10,778 bases of DNA from positions 1 to 10,778 of IMG/VR virus record IMGVR_UViG_2579779002_000007. One strand, given 5' to 3'. A program made the position numbers and the translations under genes. A model generated the notes under the pieces. It had not been told where the DNA came from and made no database searches. It worked only from the letters and a program-made list of their open reading frames with translations. This DNA comes from a virus (lineage: Duplodnaviria > Heunggongvirae > Uroviricota > Caudoviricetes). Below are positions 7,921 through 10,778 of the stretch, piece after piece; the stretch's first letter is position 1; every line of letters begins with the position of its first letter.

Positions 7921-9029
7921 GAACGTCATTAGTCACCCGTGAAGAGATGATCGAGGCAATTGAACAGCACACTGCCTGTATCAGTACCAGGGATATACCG
8001 GGCGTTATTGCCAACTACTTCATGATCACCAAACAACTTTACCGGAGAAAGGACAAACACGCGGTTCACCGCATTCTGCTAACCGATATCCGTGAATACC
8101 TGCTCGAACAGGGTCATCTGAATTACGCAACCGTCGCAGCCGAAGCACGCAAGGAGGCACACAGAATGAAAGCAACTAACGTTAAATCAGAAAAAATTTA
8201 TGCACCTTCAGTTCAGGAATCGGAACTGGTGGTTGTTCAGAATCAGCCGGATGAAATTCCCGTTCTGGAATGGCAGGGAGTACGTGTCGTGACAACCGAA
8301 ACTCTTGCTAGAGGGTATGGGGTCGATGAAGCCAATATTCGCAACAATTTGTCTCGCAACCTTGACCGCTTTGAAGAAGGTAAGCATTACTTTCTTCTAA
8401 CTGGTTTAAAATTAAGAGAATTTAAGAACAGAGTAACCGGAAGTTACTCTGTTGGTAAGAACGCCAGAAGCCTTACACTCTGGACAGAGCGCGGCGCTGC
8501 ACGCATGTCTAAGATCGTGGACACAAATGAAGCATGGGCATTCTTTGAAAAACTGGAAGACAGCTACTTCCGGCAAAAAGAACAGCAACCGGTTGCAATC
8601 CCCCAAACATTACCAGAAGCCCTACGCCTGGCTGCCGAACTGGCTGAACAAAAGCAGCTTCTGGAACAGAAAGCCCACCAGCTAAATCAGCAGCTGGTAG
8701 CCGCCGCTCCTAAGGTCGATTTTGCCGACCGGGTATCAGTAGCTAAAGGGATCCTGATTGGGAATTTTGCAAAGGTTGTTGGACTTAAGCAAAACGCGCT
8801 GTTTGCCTGGTTACGGGAGAACGGCATCCTGATAGCGTCCGGTGGACGTAAAAATGTGCCGTTCCAGCAGTACATCAACGCGGGGTATTTCACGGTGAAA
8901 GAAGTGGTGCTGGATGATGAAGATGGCTACCAGATACGGTTGACGCCTCAATTAACGGGTAAAGGCCAGCAGTGGTTGACGCGTAAACTGCTCGATGCTG
9001 GCTTGTTAAAACCGGTGGCGGCTGAATAA
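7917..9029 (+). CDS. ant: Antirepressor Ant (Ant1, 370 aa), N-terminal Ant/ORF6N-like domain plus C-terminal KilA-C/ANT domain; nested in-frame Ant2 start at 8166
   Basis: Central segment VLEWQGVRVVTTETLARGYGVDEANIRNNLSRNLDRFEEGKHYF and C-terminal segment GNFAKVVGLKQNALFAWLRENGILIASGGRKNVPFQQYINAGYFTVKEV are typical of phage antirepressor domains. Internal ATG at 8166 (Met84) is preceded by a perfect AAGGAGG at 8151-8157. Confidence 0.75.
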   Translation: MRTSLVTREEMIEAIEQHTACISTRDIPGVIANYFMITKQLYRRKDKHAVHRILLTDIREYLLEQGHLNYATVAAEARKEAHRMKATNVKSEKIYAPSVQESELVVVQNQPDEIPVLEWQGVRVVTTETLARGYGVDEANIRNNLSRNLDRFEEGKHYFLLTGLKLREFKNRVTGSYSVGKNARSLTLWTERGAARMSKIVDTNEAWAFFEKLEDSYFRQKEQQPVAIPQTLPEALRLAAELAEQKQLLEQKAHQLNQQLVAAAPKVDFADRVSVAKGILIGNFAKVVGLKQNALFAWLRENGILIASGGRKNVPFQQYINAGYFTVKEVVLDDEDGYQIRLTPQLTGKGQQWLTRKLLDAGLLKPVAAE

Positions 9030-9036
9030 TGGAAGA

Positions 9037-9064
9037 ATGCCCGGTTGATGCCGGGCATAATTTA
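9037..9064. terminator. Hairpin between convergent ant and c1 (probable bidirectional terminator)
   Basis: 8-bp perfect stem ATGCCCGG (9037-9044) / CCGGGCAT (9051-9058) with a 6-nt loop, flanked by AT-rich sequence on both sides. Sits between the ant stop (9029) and the c1 stop (9062-9064). Confidence 0.5.
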
Positions 9065-9913
9065 TTGCGCGCTTTCGGGGTTGTCGTTTACTGGCTGCCC
9101 CTTCTTGGTTTTACGGCTGCGCGTAACTGATGCGGCTGACTTAACCTTTTTCTCTTCGCGAGTGATGGCAATTTGTTTTTTTACATTTTCAATATCTGCC
9201 AGGCGATATATTTTTGCTTGCGGCCAGCGGTCGCAGATGATCGGTTCTATGGAGTCATAAAGGCTAAATTTTGCTTTTTCGAATTCACCGTTGATGATAA
9301 TTCCATCACGGAGAGTTTCATCGCAGATAAACACGCCACACAGTGGCACATGGTAACTAACTGATTTACCATCATTGTAGTTAGGGCTACTGGAAATGTA
9401 GTGGACGCGCAGCATTGTTTCGCTAAAGCCGTGTACGCGCATACGGAATTTTTCATCCTCCGGGTACTGCTTCATTAGCTCTTTTGTTGCTTCCAGGTTC
9501 TCTATGTATTTCGCACTGTGCTCATTGATCCCCGCGCTTTTTTGGATGCGAATATCCTTATCAATCAGATGAATAATGCGGCCAGCGGTCATGTTGACGC
9601 TGTTCACAGCCTCTGTCTGATAAGTTGTAACCTTACGCACACCGCGAAGGATGTTAGGCACTGGATATAAAATAGTCTTTGGGATATTGAGGTCTGGGTA
9701 CTGTTCCAGTTCCCGCGCCATTAAAGTCCATTTATCAATTTCAGCCTGAATGCTGTCAGTTTCTTTGAACGGTAGAACGACAACCGGGCGTACAGGACGA
9801 CCGTCGCTGGCTGTATCAACGTGTTGGGCGCGTGCAACAGCTTTTTTTAGAAAGAGATCCCTGAAGCTGACGAACTCCTGGTACAGTTGTTCGCCGTAGA
9901 CATAATTTATCAT
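9062..9913 (-). CDS. c1: C1 repressor of lysogeny (P1 immC), 283 aa
   Basis: 283-aa product beginning MINYVYGEQLYQEFVSFRDLF, recognised as P1 C1. GGAGGAGG RBS upstream of the ATG on the minus strand. Confidence 0.9.
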   Translation of the reverse strand: MINYVYGEQLYQEFVSFRDLFLKKAVARAQHVDTASDGRPVRPVVVLPFKETDSIQAEIDKWTLMARELEQYPDLNIPKTILYPVPNILRGVRKVTTYQTEAVNSVNMTAGRIIHLIDKDIRIQKSAGINEHSAKYIENLEATKELMKQYPEDEKFRMRVHGFSETMLRVHYISSSPNYNDGKSVSYHVPLCGVFICDETLRDGIIINGEFEKAKFSLYDSIEPIICDRWPQAKIYRLADIENVKKQIAITREEKKVKSAASVTRSRKTKKGQPVNDNPESAQ

Positions 9914-10007
9914 TGATCCTCCTCCAGAATTGACATGGCCAATAACGCCCGGCTGAGAAAACCGGTCATTACTGACCTATATTATAGAGGGATCAAACAA
10001 AAATAAT

Positions 10008-10024
10008 AGATTTATTAGTGCATT
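10008..10024 (-). promoter_or_regulatory. C1 operator-like site (Op99-type) between coi and c1
   Basis: Reverse complement AATGCACTAATAAATCT matches the C1 operator consensus at 14 of 17 positions. Located in the c1 upstream region where P1 carries autoregulatory operators. Confidence 0.45.
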
Positions 10025-10233
10025 TATTGTGAGTCTAACTGGTTAGTTGCCATGAGATATTCGATTGTGTCAGTGAGGTCATCCAGGTCGTCTTGGGTGA
10101 TGCGGTACTCCTGATTGGATATCTTTGAGTAGTGTTCAGCAATGGCGCGGGCAGCGTCGGTTTCGGCAGGGTCTACAGATAAAGCGTTAGAGCAATGTCT
10201 AACGTCGTCGATGGTTGGTTGAATGAAAGCCAT
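10024..10233 (-). CDS. coi: Coi, C1 inactivator protein, 69 aa
   Basis: 69-aa acidic protein directly upstream of c1 on the same strand; size and position match P1 Coi. Confidence 0.85.
   Translation of the reverse strand: MAFIQPTIDDVRHCSNALSVDPAETDAARAIAEHYSKISNQEYRITQDDLDDLTDTIEYLMATNQLDSQ
10180..10196 (-). promoter_or_regulatory. Additional C1 operator-like site inside the coi coding region
   Basis: Reverse complement ATTGCTCTAACGCTTTT matches the consensus at 13 of 17 positions, with a perfect ATTGCTCTAA half. Confidence 0.3.
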
Positions 10234-10316
10234 AATTATGCCTCACTGTATTGACAACACAGAGCCTGAAGCTCTGACCTACTGTTTCACCCATGATCCA
10301 TGCTGGGGTAATCTAA

Positions 10317-10778
<462 letters not shown>

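Noticed and set aside
7697-7942. 81-aa ORF (TTG start) in an alternative frame overlapping icd
   Set aside because: It overlaps the 73-codon frame and extends 26 nt into ant. The 73-codon frame has better start spacing and an ATGA coupling overlap with ant, so it was preferred, though the choice remains uncertain.
8412-9456. Short ORFs overlapping ant and c1 (8412-8606, 8452-8685, 8687-8893, 9045-9260, 9173-9364, 9247-9456)
   Set aside because: Embedded in or antisense to ant and c1; no independent support.

Overview
This window reads as a mosaic segment of a P1-family phage-plasmid (Enterobacteriaceae), identified from recalled protein families and sequence motifs only; no database search was possible. 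Order left to right: (1) the 3' end of an IS903-family insertion sequence (1-375); (2) a type I (EcoR124I-like, type IC) R-M remnant on the minus strand, with hsdM intact and hsdS cut after about 22 codons by the IS; (3) the phd-doc toxin-antitoxin operon with its palindromic operator; (4) pdcA, pdcB, lpa, pacA (containing the hexamer-repeat pac site) and pacB, where pacB carries an in-frame TAA between the Walker A and Walker B motifs; (5) a roughly 1.7 kb immI-like antirepressor module between pacB and c1, comprising a C1-operator-like site, a terminator, a structured c4-like antisense RNA candidate complementary to the icd ribosome-binding site, a 73-codon icd-like ORF and a 370-codon ant gene with a nested internal start; (6) convergent c1 repressor and coi on the minus strand with operator-like sites; (7) the end of an IS5-like element inserted about 80 bp upstream of coi, running off the window. 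The most notable points are the relocated or extra antirepressor module next to c1, the nonsense codon in the large terminase, and the two IS insertions flanking the immunity and defence genes. All comparisons to reference P1 are from memory and need alignment to confirm.
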